Assembly: GCF_964194025.1 (NCBI RefSeq)
Contig: NC_134479.1
Span: forward strand, 17,794,001-17,858,000
DNA: 64,000 nt
Direction: 5' to 3'
DNA from: Convolutriloba macropyga
Lineage: Eukaryota
Shown: piece after piece, positions 12,601 through 25,100 of the stretch
Position numbering within the stretch: position 1 is the first letter of the stretch
Layout of the letters: every line of letters starts with the position of its first letter
Translations under genes and position numbers: made by a program
Notes under the pieces: model-generated
What the model was told of the DNA's origin: nothing
Databases searched by the model: none
What the model saw: only the letters and a program-made list of their open reading frames with translations

Positions 12601-15600
12601 TCGGAAAATTTTATTAAGACAACGAAACAGGAAATAAAGATAAGTATTCTAAATAACCTGAGATCACTTTTTGCGAAATTCTGAAAAAAACATAAAAGAA
12701 CAATACTACCCAAGAAATTGCTGAAATGATTTATCCCAACACTGATTGACCACGAGGCACAAAAGAAAACGAAAGTCAAATAAAAGGCAGAACCACAAAG
12801 ACCTGTAACAACAATATTTCTGCTCCCAGTAATGAAGAAAAACAATTTAAACTTTCACCCTCTATTATAGAAAACTGAGAAAAAACTAAAACTGAAAAAA
12901 CGTATGAAAAAATCAAAATACAGGTCTGATAACAAAAAATCGCAAAGATTTTTAATTTATAAAAAATGATAAAGTTAATTTTCACTTACTGCAGATCAAA
13001 TTAACGTAAAACATATAACTAATTCCTGAAAGATACGGAAAAGCAACACAAAACAAATTGAATTAGGTTTAGTTAAAAGCCCATTAAAAAATGAGGTAAC
13101 TATCATCGGTCGAACAGTTTTAGAGAAACGATTCAAACAAGAAACCGAAGGAGAGAAAACTTTTCATAAATTTGGATTTAAAAAAGCCGGATGCGGCTCA
13201 ATTTGGCCAATTTTTTTCAACATACCGAACGAAATAAGACAGAACTCGAATACAAAGATTAATAAGATCGATTTTTTTTCTTTCTCTCTCTCTTCCTATC
13301 TGCTTTCAACTTTTCAGCGTAATGAATTTTTTCCACTTGCGTCATTGAATTCAAATCTTTGCATCCTTTCTCACTGACATTTCCATTAACAATCCAAGAG
13401 TAATCTTCTTTAATCCCTCTCCGAATCGTTAAGACGAAAACTAATACTGGCCTTATGTTGGAGCTGAGCTTAAGGAGCATGCTTAGGAAATTAGAAGCAT
13501 AAAAATTGTGAAGGGAAAACTCTTTTATATTAGTTGTTCGTTAGTGTGCTTTCTGTTCTCATAACAACTGCTTAGTCATAATAATAGTCACAAAATTGTC
13601 TTATCTTTAGCAATCCGGTTCAATTCGATACTCAAAAACTAAGATAAGCGAATTGTCAGAAGCTGAATTGTAAGGCAACGGTAATATAGCGGATATATCT
13701 TTACAAAGGCGAACAGCAAAATATATCCGGACAGATTTTGAATCACTGAACCAAACTGGGTGTAAAGCTTTCCTCGTCACAACTGATTAGAAGAGCAGCT
13801 GTTCCACCTTTGGTCAGTCAAAAACTTGAATAAAAGCTGTCGAGTGGCATAAAAGACACCGCGAGGGTGGTAGAATAGAGTCGCCTAAACGCTTAGTAAT
13901 TTAACAGAAACTCGCAAAATTCTAAAAACGTTCTATCCATACGTAAGGTTGATACCTACTAGAAGTTAGATCTAATAAAATTCGATTGGTTTTCACTCGA
14001 ATCATGTAAAATAAAAAATAGCCAAAATGAATTTGTAAAAACTAAGCAAAATTAGCTCATTTATCCATGTAACAGATTGTCGCTCTTTATATTAAAATCA
14101 ATAATACATAAACTTATCTGTATCGCTCTATCACTTGTTATCATCATGTGAAAAACGGCGTTTCTTAAACAAGAGTGGAATTTTTTCTGTCCCGCAATTT
14201 GGTATCGAACGTTGTCAAATTCATGGAAAACCTTACAACAAAAAACTTTGTACAATATTGAGTTTTTTTGTATGCTTTCACAAAATCAAGGTGATTTTTT
14301 CGTTATATATTAGTTAATCCTGCTGAATCTAAAGTACAAACTCTTCTTCTTGATGCCAATTTTGGGCACAATTCGACGCTTCAAACCAACTACCCGTCGA
14401 TCATAATTCCGGTCATTATACTTTGATTCCGTGTTCTCATTATCATCTTCGACATCATCGGGTTGTCTTTGATCACCCTCGACAAACGAATTCTCCTCAA
14501 TCGAAGCGTCAAAGTCAAAGATTTCAGGCTTGCTTTGTTTCTTGATTACAAGTTTTTCAACTAAAATTGATCAAAGTTCATCTGATCAAACGTAAATTAA
14601 AAGCTGATCAAACAACATGTAGGCACTGAAGTGCGAATAAATGATCAATTACTTTGAGCTTACATTAACGCGATCTTTTCACAGTTCATCGACCTATATT
14701 TATCATATAATGATTTTAAAATGCCTTTGTTAATGAATGCTATTCTCTGTTAAAGATACATTACAATTCCAAAAAATTTCAAATTAAACCAAAATCTCAT
14801 GTCATTCTCACGAAACTTAGTGAAAAGAAACTCATAGAACTAACCGAAACTTTGTTAATGCTCACGAGAAAATTTAGATTAAAAATTATAAAAAATGTAG
14901 ATTGAAAACTACTTAGCTTCTTTGAGCATGCATCATAATCATGACTGGCAAATTTCAGAAAAAAAACCCGTTTGTCTGAATATCACCTTCATTGTTTCGG
15001 TGACAATGTTGCAGAGGAACTTTAGTTCGGCTGGTTTTTTTTCAGTCAATTTTGGCTGTGGGTGGTGTCATATGCGTGTTATTAGAAAGCAACTAATTGA
15101 GCGTAGAATATTCCAATCCAGTAGGTTGCAAAATTCGCGATTTCTTAGGGACATTTCACCTGTAAGCGGTTTGTACGCATGTGTACGTTCGTGAAAAAGC
15201 AAATTTTGTTTCACAGCAGAATTATTTGTCGGATTTGTAGCATAGACCAGTTTTTAAGCCAGAAAAGACAACAATGAAAACTTTTCGTCACTGCTGTCCA
15301 CGCCGTCATTTTTGTCGACGGTTACAAACCGCGATAACTATCAACATGTCAAGTAAACCGAAATAAAAAAAATCTAATTGGTATTTAGTTACAGAAACGT
15401 TTCCCTCAAAACAAATTGCGTGCATTAAGAAAAAATAGCAGTTTTGCGATAAATCGCGGGTCACAAGAGCTTTTAAACCTCTAGAATTGGGTCTCAAGTA
15501 GTTATTAAGTAGTTACTAAGTTTTAGTCTAATTGAATGCTCAAAATCATGGACAATTGTTCCGTTATCCACCAAAACAAAAGACGGCTTTCATGCTTTTT

Positions 15601-18600
15601 GCGTCTAGTCCACGATTAACACAGCTTTCTCATCGTAAAAAACAAGTTAAATTGAAATAAGAGAAAAACATTTGTCAGTGTTATTCTCGAATACCAAAAA
15701 CAGCCTGTTATTAGCAAATTTAACTTCTACAACGTGATAATGGCCAGCGCTTGAATTTCTTTTTTTTCTAGAGGATCTAATGTATTAGGTTTGCCATTCT
15801 TTAGTCGCAAATTTAAGTTGCAATAGAGCAATTTCTTTTTTCCTTATTTTTTATTCAAACTCCTTTGTTACTAATTGTAATTCTGCGTTATGTCTGGATT
15901 AAATAAAGGCATCAAATTTTTCACACGGAACTAAAATCTAAGATAATTGGAAAACTTCTCTTAAATAAAATATCATTTGTCAACATGATATTGACCAGGT
16001 AGTTAATTGACGATGTTCGCGACTTATTCAGTCTTTATTTTTTTAAAATAGAGGCTAAGTTCCCTACTTTTCAAGTCATTCTATCCAAAGTTCGCCACTT
16101 TTTCAGTTACTCAAAACAGCGCCAACAACTCGTTAGCAATTGGTTTTTAATTTTATTCAGATAAATTTTTTTTTCGATATTTCGAATTGAAGCTTGCGCA
16201 AAATCACATTTTCACAGCGATAAAGAAAGTATAATCTTCTTTCACTACAGCAAAACCGGTGTTGTAGAGTTCCTGAAAAACATTGCAGTTTTGTGGGATC
16301 TGACCGGTTATTTTGAAATCAAGGTCTTCAGAGGAAAAACAGTACCAACGCATGACACTTTATACTTGTCTTGGCTTTGACAAACACCCAAACCTGATAA
16401 GTTAACTGCTTGCTTGAGTTCAAGATTCATCGGGCAGAACAGTACTCTTGAAGTAAGGATCTTCAAGTTTTTCGCGCTGTTGGCCATCAAACTCTTAATG
16501 ATTGAATAACTCAGAGAATGGTCGTTTGACATCCCACGGAATATAACATTTTGTAGGCCCCAATGCAGGGGTGTAAGATAACTATGGCGCATTGAGGGTA
16601 ATCAAAGTAGTCCATATTATCAAAAAAGACAATTATCGTCCTCATATTTTAGGTAAGTTTCATGCAGACAAACGCAGGATCCTATTCCAGCTCCAAGGAC
16701 CTCAAGATCCAAATTATCGTTTTAATTTTTCATCAGGTCTGTCTAATTCTACTGCAGGCAAGAAATCGCAGCATTCGGCAATGAGGTAGAGACCGCGATG
16801 TGTCGGGATTTCGCAGAGAATGTTACAGGATCTAATGTGATTGTCGTCTAAGCCCACCAGGACACCATCGTCTAGGTCCCAGGAATTTAGTTGTAAAATT
16901 GGCGCCGATTCCTGAATGTTCCCTATAATGAGCCAGAATGTAAGAGAAGAAAGCAGCGCTCATAACGGATCGCCTTGTTGGACTCACTGCTAATAACAAT
17001 TGTTACAACCGGCTGTGTTGAGAGTAACAGAAATTTCTAAAAGCCGCAAGAGAAGCATTACTTCAACAAATTTTCTTATTCGCTGCGTTTTACGAAACCG
17101 AAAGCATTGGAAAACTTCTCTTAAGTAAAATATCATTTTTCAACATGATATTGACCAGGTAGTTAATTGACGATGTTCCCGACTTATTCAGTCTTTATTT
17201 TTTTAAATAGAGGCTAAGTTCCCTACTTTTCAAGTCATTCTATCCAAACTTCGCCACTTCAGTTACTCAAAACAGCGCCAACAACTCGTTAGCAATTGGT
17301 TTTAATTTTATTCAGATAATTTTTTTTCGATATTTCGAATTGAAGCTTGCGCAAAATCACATTTTCACAGCGATAAAGAAAGTATAAACTTCTTTCACTA
17401 CAGCAAAACCGGTGTTGTAGAGTTCCTGTAAAACACTGCAGTTTTGTGGGATCTGACCGGTTATTTTGAAATCAAGGTCTTCAGAGGAAAAACAGTACCA
17501 ACGCATGACACTTTATACTTGTCTTGGCCTTGACAAACACCCAAACCTGATAAGTTAACTGCTTGCTTGAGTTCAAGATTCATCGGGCAGAACAGTACTC
17601 TTGAATTAAGGATCTTCAAGTTTTTCGCGCTGTTGGCCATCAAACTCTTAATGATTGATTAACTCAGAGAATGGTCGTTTGACATCCCACGGAATATAAC
17701 ATTTTGTGGGCCCCAATGCAGAGGCGTAAGATAAATATGGCGCATTGAGGGTAATCAAAGTAGTCCTTATTATCAAAACAATTATCGTCCTCATATTTTA
17801 GGTAAGTTTCGTGCAGACAAACGCAGGATCCTATTCCAGCTCCAAGGACCTCAAGATCCGAATTATCGTTTTAATTTTTTATCAGGTCTGTCTAATTCTA
17901 CTGCAGGCAAGAAATCGCAGCGTTCGGCAATGAGGTAGAGACCGCGATGTGTCGGGATTTCGCAGAGAATGTTACAGGATCTAATGAGATTGTCGTCTAA
18001 GCTCACCATCGTCTAGGTCCAAGGAATTTAGTTGTAAATTTGGCGCTGATTCCTGAATTTTCCCTATGAGCCAGAATGTAAGAGAAGAAAGCAGCGGTCA
18101 CAACGGATCGCCTTGTTGGACTCACTGCTAATAACAATTGTTACAACCGGCTGTGTTGAGAGTAACAGAAATTTGTAAAAGCGGCAAGAGAAGCATTACT
18201 TCAGCGAATTTTCTTATTCGCTGCGTTTTACGAAACTGAAAGCATTGCGAAAATCTACTTGCAAAACAGCGCAGGAACTTAACGAGGTGAATATTTTTCA
18301 GACGAAAGCTTAGTCGAATGTATTATGGCTTTCGCAGCACCATTCGCTGGGATACCCAATTGGAGACTTTAAAAAGTATGATGCTTCTGAATTTGCTTCC
18401 TTTGACAAGCATTTAGCTATTAGCCTCCCCGAGATTTTCCCTACTGCAATAGGTCAAAACTACCTCTTTGAACAAGGCTGATATCGCTTCACTGCATAGA
18501 GCTTGTAAGCGAATTCGGAGATTTCACCCCGGTAACCTGTGTTTACTAGCTTAATCAGTACTCTCAGGGTATTTTGCTATTGATGTGATGCGGTACCCAA

Positions 18601-21308
18601 AAGTGATGCGTGCAAAAGATATTCGGAACACATTTTCAATCGACCTGCTGCTGCAAATTTGGAAAACGAGATCAGCTGTTTCAGAACATATTCTTCACTG
18701 ACTTGATAAACTTGTAATTTAAAACTCTGAACTGCACTAGGCTTTTTTCAGTAGTGTGCAATGTTTTCAAGAGCATCAAGAATTGCCCAAAACTGAGGAT
18801 GCTTGAAACTGTAGATTACCTTCAAGGACATTTTTTAGGTTTGCCGTTTCAAAATTTTCCGATTTATCCTGGTACGCCTACGTCTTATTTCAGTTTAGAA
18901 GCACAAGAAAATTTTCCCTATATTGTCAACGACGAATGAGCAAAGCTGCAAAAGCATTTCATTAAAAAGGTATTTTACAGTTTTCTAATGGCTTCTATAC
19001 ATGTATTTTGTCAATTTTGGTTGCCGTACGCTCATGTTATCAAAATCGTTCAAAACAGTAGATCAGCAGGTATAGTTTTGCCCGACTAGAAGAGCATGAT
19101 TTCAAATGAAAAACTTTATATTTTTTACTATCTGCTTTCAGAGCTTTAATCTATAGATTTGGTAAACATGTTATGCAGTCTTGTTTAATCCCTGCGCTTC
19201 TTAAGCCTCAGAAGCAAGCAGTTTTGTATGAAACGGGTCAACATATTTAGAATCTAGTCATCAAATCCCTTGTAGTATAATTCCGTAATATCTTTTGCTA
19301 ATTGTTATTTAACACTATCCACCCCTTTTCAAAATTTGGTACTGGATCACTTTTTTCCATCAGCCAGAGTAACAATATCGCTTGAATTTTTAAAATTTGT
19401 TTGGTGTTTCGCTTCATAATTATTCAACTCCCTTTTATATTACAAAAAAAAGGTTTTGATCAATAAAATGATCGGATTCAGTAAACTGTTCCAATTCATT
19501 TTCAGCAACAAGTTCAATTAACACAAAAGACAATGCTTAATTTTTCCGGAGCTTTCCTTTTAGAATTCTAGGTCTTCAGGAGTTTAACTGCTACAAATTT
19601 TGGAATTATTGCAATGAAAAGTTCTTTGCAAGCTTGATGCCTAATGGGTGCCATCACAATTTTATAGTTCATTGGAAAATCAGAGATCCTTTCTGTTGTA
19701 ACTTCTCGTAGGAACTTTAATCAATGGTTTCTAACCAACAAATTTCCGTCTAGGCCAAACTATTTTGGCACAATAATTGAAAACATCAAAATTGGACCAT
19801 GTTGACACGTGAGCCAAGATTATGTCAGCTAATCAAGGTAAAGGACATCCCACTTGTTTGAATGTTAACAGATAATGTTTACCTTCTGCATTTGTCAAGG
19901 ATTGCGCCTTCTCGAAATCATACACATCAACATTTTGCAACTTACTAGATTTCTTGATTATTTTTGGCATCTGAACTGCCTTTTCGTCATTAAAGTTCAC
20001 TTGATGTTCTACTGTGTTATGATAATCGTAATTCGAGCCAAGAAAATAGATATCGCCTTTCAGACGATCCGACATTTCTGTTTCCTTCGGTCGGTTTTCC
20101 TTATTCTGCTTGGACGGGTTTTTTCGTTTCCGTTTCCCCCTTATTAAAAAAGCTTTATTAAAAAAATAGTTCAAAAGATATAACAACATCACTATAAAAT
20201 TAACAGTCAAAAATAATTATAATTAACAATCAAAAATCTTATCCAGCGGAATTGAGTGTTAGACAGAATTTAAGAACAAAAGTGACCCAATATTGCCTAA
20301 TTTTTGTAAACAAGTCTTGACAAGAGATATAAACATATGTAAATTTGAAACTGGTAAAACACTTCCGCATTTACAATGTTTTACTCGCAAAAAAAAAGAG
20401 AATAAAAAGATAACATTTCATTAACATTCAATTTGCTGAGAAAATTTTATGACCTAAAAAACCCCTTAATTGACCAATCAAGGCGAAAATCGGTTGGATC
20501 ACACAAAAATCCCCCCCCCCCCCCCATAATTACAAATCCGGAAATCTGTACTCAAAAACCCTCGTTAAAAATAATATAAACCTGCGTAACTTTCCAATTA
20601 CCAGTCCTAGTTTTTGAAGCACATATAACAGACGATATAAGAGAAAACAGCTTGGTGAAGAAATCGGCTTACTGCCGCCTCTAGTTGATGGACTGAACTG
20701 CTTTAATTCTTAATCATTTATAACCCACAAACGACTGTATGTTGACAGTTTTCTTCCCTTCGACTGTATGTTTACAGTTCTTTCATTTTCTTCCCCGGTA
20801 ACCGCCTTGAAAGATTATTTCCTGTACAGCTTAAGATCAACTAGGCTTATCTGGAATCTCATTTGACACGAACTCTCGTTCAAAAGCTAATTCGGTTAGC
20901 GAGAATGCACTTTCTTATGTTCTGACAAGTTCATTACAAAGTTAACTCAGGGGTTTTGTACTAGAAAACTAAATTCTAAGGTGCATCCTATAAATATCTA
21001 CGTTCACAGACCTCTTCTTACTGTTAAACGACATATTACTAACAGGAACAACTAATATAACTAACAGGAACGATTAACTAAATATTATAGCTTACTGGAA
21101 GAGGCTTTGCAGGAACTGTATCTTTTCCTCTTCGTTGCTAGAGTTGAATTTATTCTTGATTTTTCCCTTAATTTGGTCATCCGTCAAAAATGCGTACTGC
21201 GTCTTGAAATGAGCAAACACGGTGGATTCAAATTTGCTCAAACTAAACACACTTTCAGAAAGGCTATGATGCATATCTTGAGAGTTCAATCGTAGTTCGG
21301 AAGTACTT
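3410..21308 (-). CDS. Putative unannotated multi-exon gene (internal exons 21308-21096, 20139-19883, 14560-14342, probable 3675-3410); Lys/acid-rich protein with an HMG-box-like helical segment
   Basis: Exons start after pyrimidine-rich AG acceptors; the first three end at GT donors (GTAAGC, GTAAAC, GTTTGT). Phases chain without stops (2-2, 2-1, 1-1, 1): ...FLQSLFQ|GKRKRKNP...NAE V EKLVIKK...KKK N RSFNN. The 5' exon and true 3' end are unresolved. Confidence 0.5.
5132..5634 (-). mobile_element. Degenerate copy of Helentron-type non-autonomous element (HINE/DINE-1-like)
   Basis: Termini resemble the copies at 23002 and 30838: TAGCTGGCAGATTGCTAGAAAATAGCCG at the left end and AATAG...GCTATCGCAGTGCGGTTATT at the right. 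Shares the internal block GTGAGGTAAG...AATCACGCAAATGAAC. Confidence 0.45.
9593..9680. repeat. (CA)n microsatellite
   Basis: About 40 CA units with a few interruptions. Confidence 0.97.
9700..11565. repeat. Diverged tandem duplication, unit ~935 bp (~9700-10630 and ~10635-11565)
   Basis: Colinear matching blocks, e.g. TTGAGCGCGTC(G/A)GAC at ~9718/10653, ACTCAGGCAAATGTGCTTT, CAAGGTATGTTGCATTTCAT and AAATGTAGTG.TTTGACC at ~10611/11547. Confidence 0.9.
11944..11990. repeat. (CT)n/(CTTT)n simple repeat
   Basis: Directly visible low-complexity tract. Confidence 0.85.
15946..18247. repeat. Recent tandem duplication, unit ~1.15 kb (15946-17105 and 17106-18247)
   Basis: Both units begin ATTGGAAAACTTCTCTTAA and end CGAAAC.GAAAGC. 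ORFs 16308..16592 and 17461..17643 are near-identical. Confidence 0.95.
16250..18950 (-). mobile_element. Decayed CRE-clade non-LTR retrotransposon (RT remnants)
   Basis: Minus-strand translation gives CRE-type RT motifs in order: PIAVGKI..GRLIAKC (~18455-18410), QLGIPANGAAKAIIHS (~18363-18316), LQVDFRNAFS (~18265-18235), VQQGDP (~18120 and ~16980), NSWDLDDGVLVG (~16888-16853). All are broken by stops or frameshifts; boundaries are approximate. Confidence 0.75.
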
Positions 21309-21494
21309 CTGAAAATAATTACAGAAACCTTTGTGAAACTCAGAAACCATTTTCTTATCTCAACTTCTGGGAACAGATACAACCCTTAAGACAATCAAAG
21401 AGGGACACGCACCGAATTCACCACAGCTAGTTGGGAGCTCTTTCAATAATAACTTGAAAAATAATTGCAGCATAAATCACAGCAAGTATATTTA

Positions 21495-21616
21495 TTTATC
21501 ATTAGAAAAAAATACCTCAAGGTTCGAATTTTCATAATTTGACATTAGAAAAAAATACCTCAAGGTATTTATCATTAGAAAAAAATACCTCAAGGTTCGA
21601 ATTTTCATAATTTGAC
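21495..21616. repeat. Short tandem repeat cluster (CATTAGAAAAAAATACCTCAAGGT x3)
   Basis: Visible directly; two of the copies extend with TCGAATTTTCATAATTTGACA. Confidence 0.85.
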
Positions 21617-23001
21617 AGTTGAGAAATTCAGAAATTTTGAAAAATTGCAAACGTTATTAGCTGGAAAATTCAAAGGTTATGTATCCACTCACAACAATGT
21701 TTCTGCTTTGATTCTATAATAGGAAATGGACTTTACAATGTACTTCAAATGGACTTTACTGAGTTTTTTTTAACTAGCTTTCTGAATAGGAGCGCAGCAA
21801 CATGAAAAAATTGATAAATTATTTTTAAATTTGGAGGGGTAAATTTAATTTTGTACAAAATAAACTCAATCATTATCTGCAGTCATGAGCTTCTAGAACT
21901 CCCAAAAAATCATTTCGGAAAAACGAGTTTTTCGTTTTCTTCCCAACCAACATTTTTTTAAAAAAGTTTTTTGATTCAATCTATGTGGTCTAATTTCTAC
22001 TGGCCTCTACAGCCTTATTGCTGAACATATCACTCAAGCACTAGAAGAATTGCAAAGAACACACATCACAAACAACAGAACAAACAATGCAAAAATTTCT
22101 GGAAACCGAAGACCTTTTGATAGGTTCGGTGGTCAAACAACCACCAAGTGTTTGTGCTAAAGGAGACTAATGTAGCGGACGAAATACTGAATGTATGCCT
22201 TCATAGAATGCAAGCCAATCAGAGACTGAGAAGACTCTATTCTCTTATATATAGCGATAGCACGGCTGACTTCAGTCAGTCTATTAGATAGTAGATACCC
22301 TATGCACGTAACTTCTGTATTGACTCCGGTGTTATGTAACTTATTCACCGTAATAATTCAAGCTCGTCTTTACGGTTTTACTGAGTCGGTTAGTTTGAGA
22401 GAACTAGGCGCGCAGAAATATCTAGTCCTAACTCTTTAGTCCTAAGGCTGCAAAAGGAGCACAAATAGGGTCTGCCTTACTGACATTGAAATTTTACGAG
22501 CCTCGTAGTTCCATGCACTCCTTTACCGAAACAGTTTTCTAGAAATATTAATTTGTCTCTCATTAGAACATAAGAATTGTTAAAGAGATCAAAATCGAAA
22601 ATTGCTGAGCGCAAATTCAAGTAATTAAAACGAAGCATAGATAGGAAACCAAAACAATCTACAATAAACGCATAACTTATAAGGTAACAAAATGGCTGGA
22701 AACGCTGGCAACTGAAGTAGAGATTTTAGAGAAATAACCGGTCTCAACGTCAAAATTTTCCTACAGAAACCTTTGTTAGTCGAACTACGACAACTCTAAA
22801 ACCTCAGCTTTAAGTCTAAGCGTTGCGGGGGGGAGGGGGTACTTTTTGCGGTATAACGAAAACACTATGGTTATTCGAGTTTATTATAAACCACTATTCG
22901 GTGACAAAATAGAACAAACTTTTCGTAAGACTTTTAGTAATAAACCGTCACCAATGGAATTCAGGTACTTAGAATTGTGAAGTGCGATCACGCAAAACTT
23001 G

Positions 23002-24102
23002 AAACATAGCCGGCAGATTGCCGGAAAATAGCCGCGATAGACGCTCGTGGCCTTCCAGGAATTGAAACACCTAAAGAAAGAAGATAGACAGATCGACCAA
23101 TAGTCCTTCAATAGACCACTAGACTTTTCGGGTTAGCTTCGGACTGACAATTTTTGGCACATACGTTCTATAAGGAAAACGCCCTTAAAGAGCTATTTCA
23201 AAATTGATATTCGAAATCAAAAACTCAAGACTAATAATCACAAATTAGGGCATATAAGTGGCACAACTTAGATGCACACTATTAACTAGTAAATCTTCAT
23301 TAAAAATTAAAGTTCCATAAGTGAGTTCAGAAGTCAATTTTTTGAGTGAGGTAATTCACGCAATTGACCTAAAAGCAGAAACAACGTCACGCACACAAAT
23401 TTTAATTGCAAAGCAATAGAAGTCACTGAAGTCAATTCCAAGAAGTCAATTCCAAGAAGTCAGGTCGTAAGAATCATCGATGGAGACGACGAATTAAAAA
23501 AACATAGCAGGACAAGTCCTGACGTACAATTAAAAGAATTTTCATTGACTAAACAGAAAAACTAGACCTAGAATGGACTATGAAAGAATTGAGAAAACCA
23601 TTTTAAAAAAAATCAGAACAAAAAAATAAGAAATAAACAGAAAATCAATGTCAAAATGCCGCATGTGAACAAAAAACCACTAGCGAGAAGTGAAAATTTA
23701 ATTCAAACAAAAAAACTAGGCCTAGAATGAGCTGTGAATTGATTGGGAAAACCATTTAGAAAAAAATCCTATCCAAAAAATCGAAAAAACAGTAAAAATC
23801 AGAGAAATTGCCGCATGTGAACAAAAAACCACTACTGAGAAACCGAATTTTTGTTCAAACACCGTTTTCTCACTCTTCTTTAAATTTAGAGCGAAAAAAA
23901 TTTACGCTGCAAAACCACTCGCTTTTTCGCTCCATTTCCTGTTTCGGCGTGACCAAAATCACCAATCCAATTTGACTTCAAAAATCATGAAAATGTGTGA
24001 ACAGATCTTAAAAAAAGACAGCGCCCCAATACAATTCAAATTCTTTGAATTGTAAAAAACCATGATGTCCCCAATAATAGCCGCTATCGCTTCGCGGCTA
24101 TT
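23002..24102 (-). mobile_element. Helentron-type non-autonomous element (HINE/DINE-1-like)
   Basis: Minus strand reads: 5' AATAGCCGC sub-TIR with adjacent inverted copy, internal ~180-bp duplicated core, 3' GCGGCTATT sub-TIR, hairpin CCGGCA-ATC-TGCCGG, then CTATG and a T run. The body is colinear with 30838-31622. Confidence 0.65.
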
Positions 24103-24279
24103 AAAAAAGTCAAGGACTAAATAAAACTCACTGCATGAAAACACGAGATTAACGAATCTGTACAAATTAAGCAGATGCATCTGACAAAACCGATATAGCA
24201 AATTATTCACAGCAAGCCGCAGCGTTTCTAATGATTGTAGTAGTTTCAAAGTTTGCTAAGATATAAAAAGACATGTTTG

Positions 24280-25100
24280 TATGTCAACAGTTGTTTAGAA
24301 GACAACAAGCTTCGCATTCGACTGAAAAGTGGATCTCATGATTCATCTCTTCCAAAGACAGTGATAAAACGTCATATCAAAACTCACTTGAATCTCTGAG
24401 CCCCTCAACACTAAATAGCTCTACATTGAGCGGAAACCTTCGAAATTATTTCAATGGATTCTTAAAGATTTATTCTTGTTATAACTAAACTTTCCTCCCA
24501 TTTCCTCCATCTGCGAAAGGTTCCCTTTGGGGTAACATTGGGAAGAACTCTTTGTAGTGTCTGTGAAACATTGCATTGTCAGACTCACTTTTTTTTACTT
24601 GTATGAATCATCCTGTTGCACCTAATGGCTTCTTTGCGAGCCTTGAAAGCATTTTCATCTGATGCAGGTGCGGTAGATCCTCATATGATTTCAGCAGCCT
24701 CTCAATAACGCGGTTTTACAGTCAGTTGTTATCTTCTTAACTTTCTGGTTAAGTATATATCAACTTTGTCAGCAGGCTTTCTATTGGCGAGAAAACTTTT
24801 ATGAACTGAACTTCTTCCGTTCAGAGTATCAAGCATCGTTTGCCGTGAACAAACTTTGAAGTCTGAATGTTCCAAGATTCCGTGCTAATGTGTGATCCGA
24901 CGAAACGTTTCCATCCTTTTTGTTTTGCAACTTTTCGAGCTCTTCTGGAGATTGGCAAATTTTACCGCACCTTGACCGTAGGTCTGTTTGATATTTCCTT
25001 TCTTTAAAGCTGCCTCGGGATTTTTTGGAAGTCTATCTTTTATGTGTAGAATCCCTTGTGTAAGATTTCAAGTTGTAAAAAGATACCAATATTAGCGTAT
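24280..25100 (-). mobile_element. Heavily decayed Penelope-like element fragment
   Basis: Minus-strand KPADKVDI (~24780-24757) resembles the Penelope K-P-A-D-K-G motif; LHKGF lies upstream and FPNV downstream in the expected order. No intact ORF. Confidence 0.4.
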
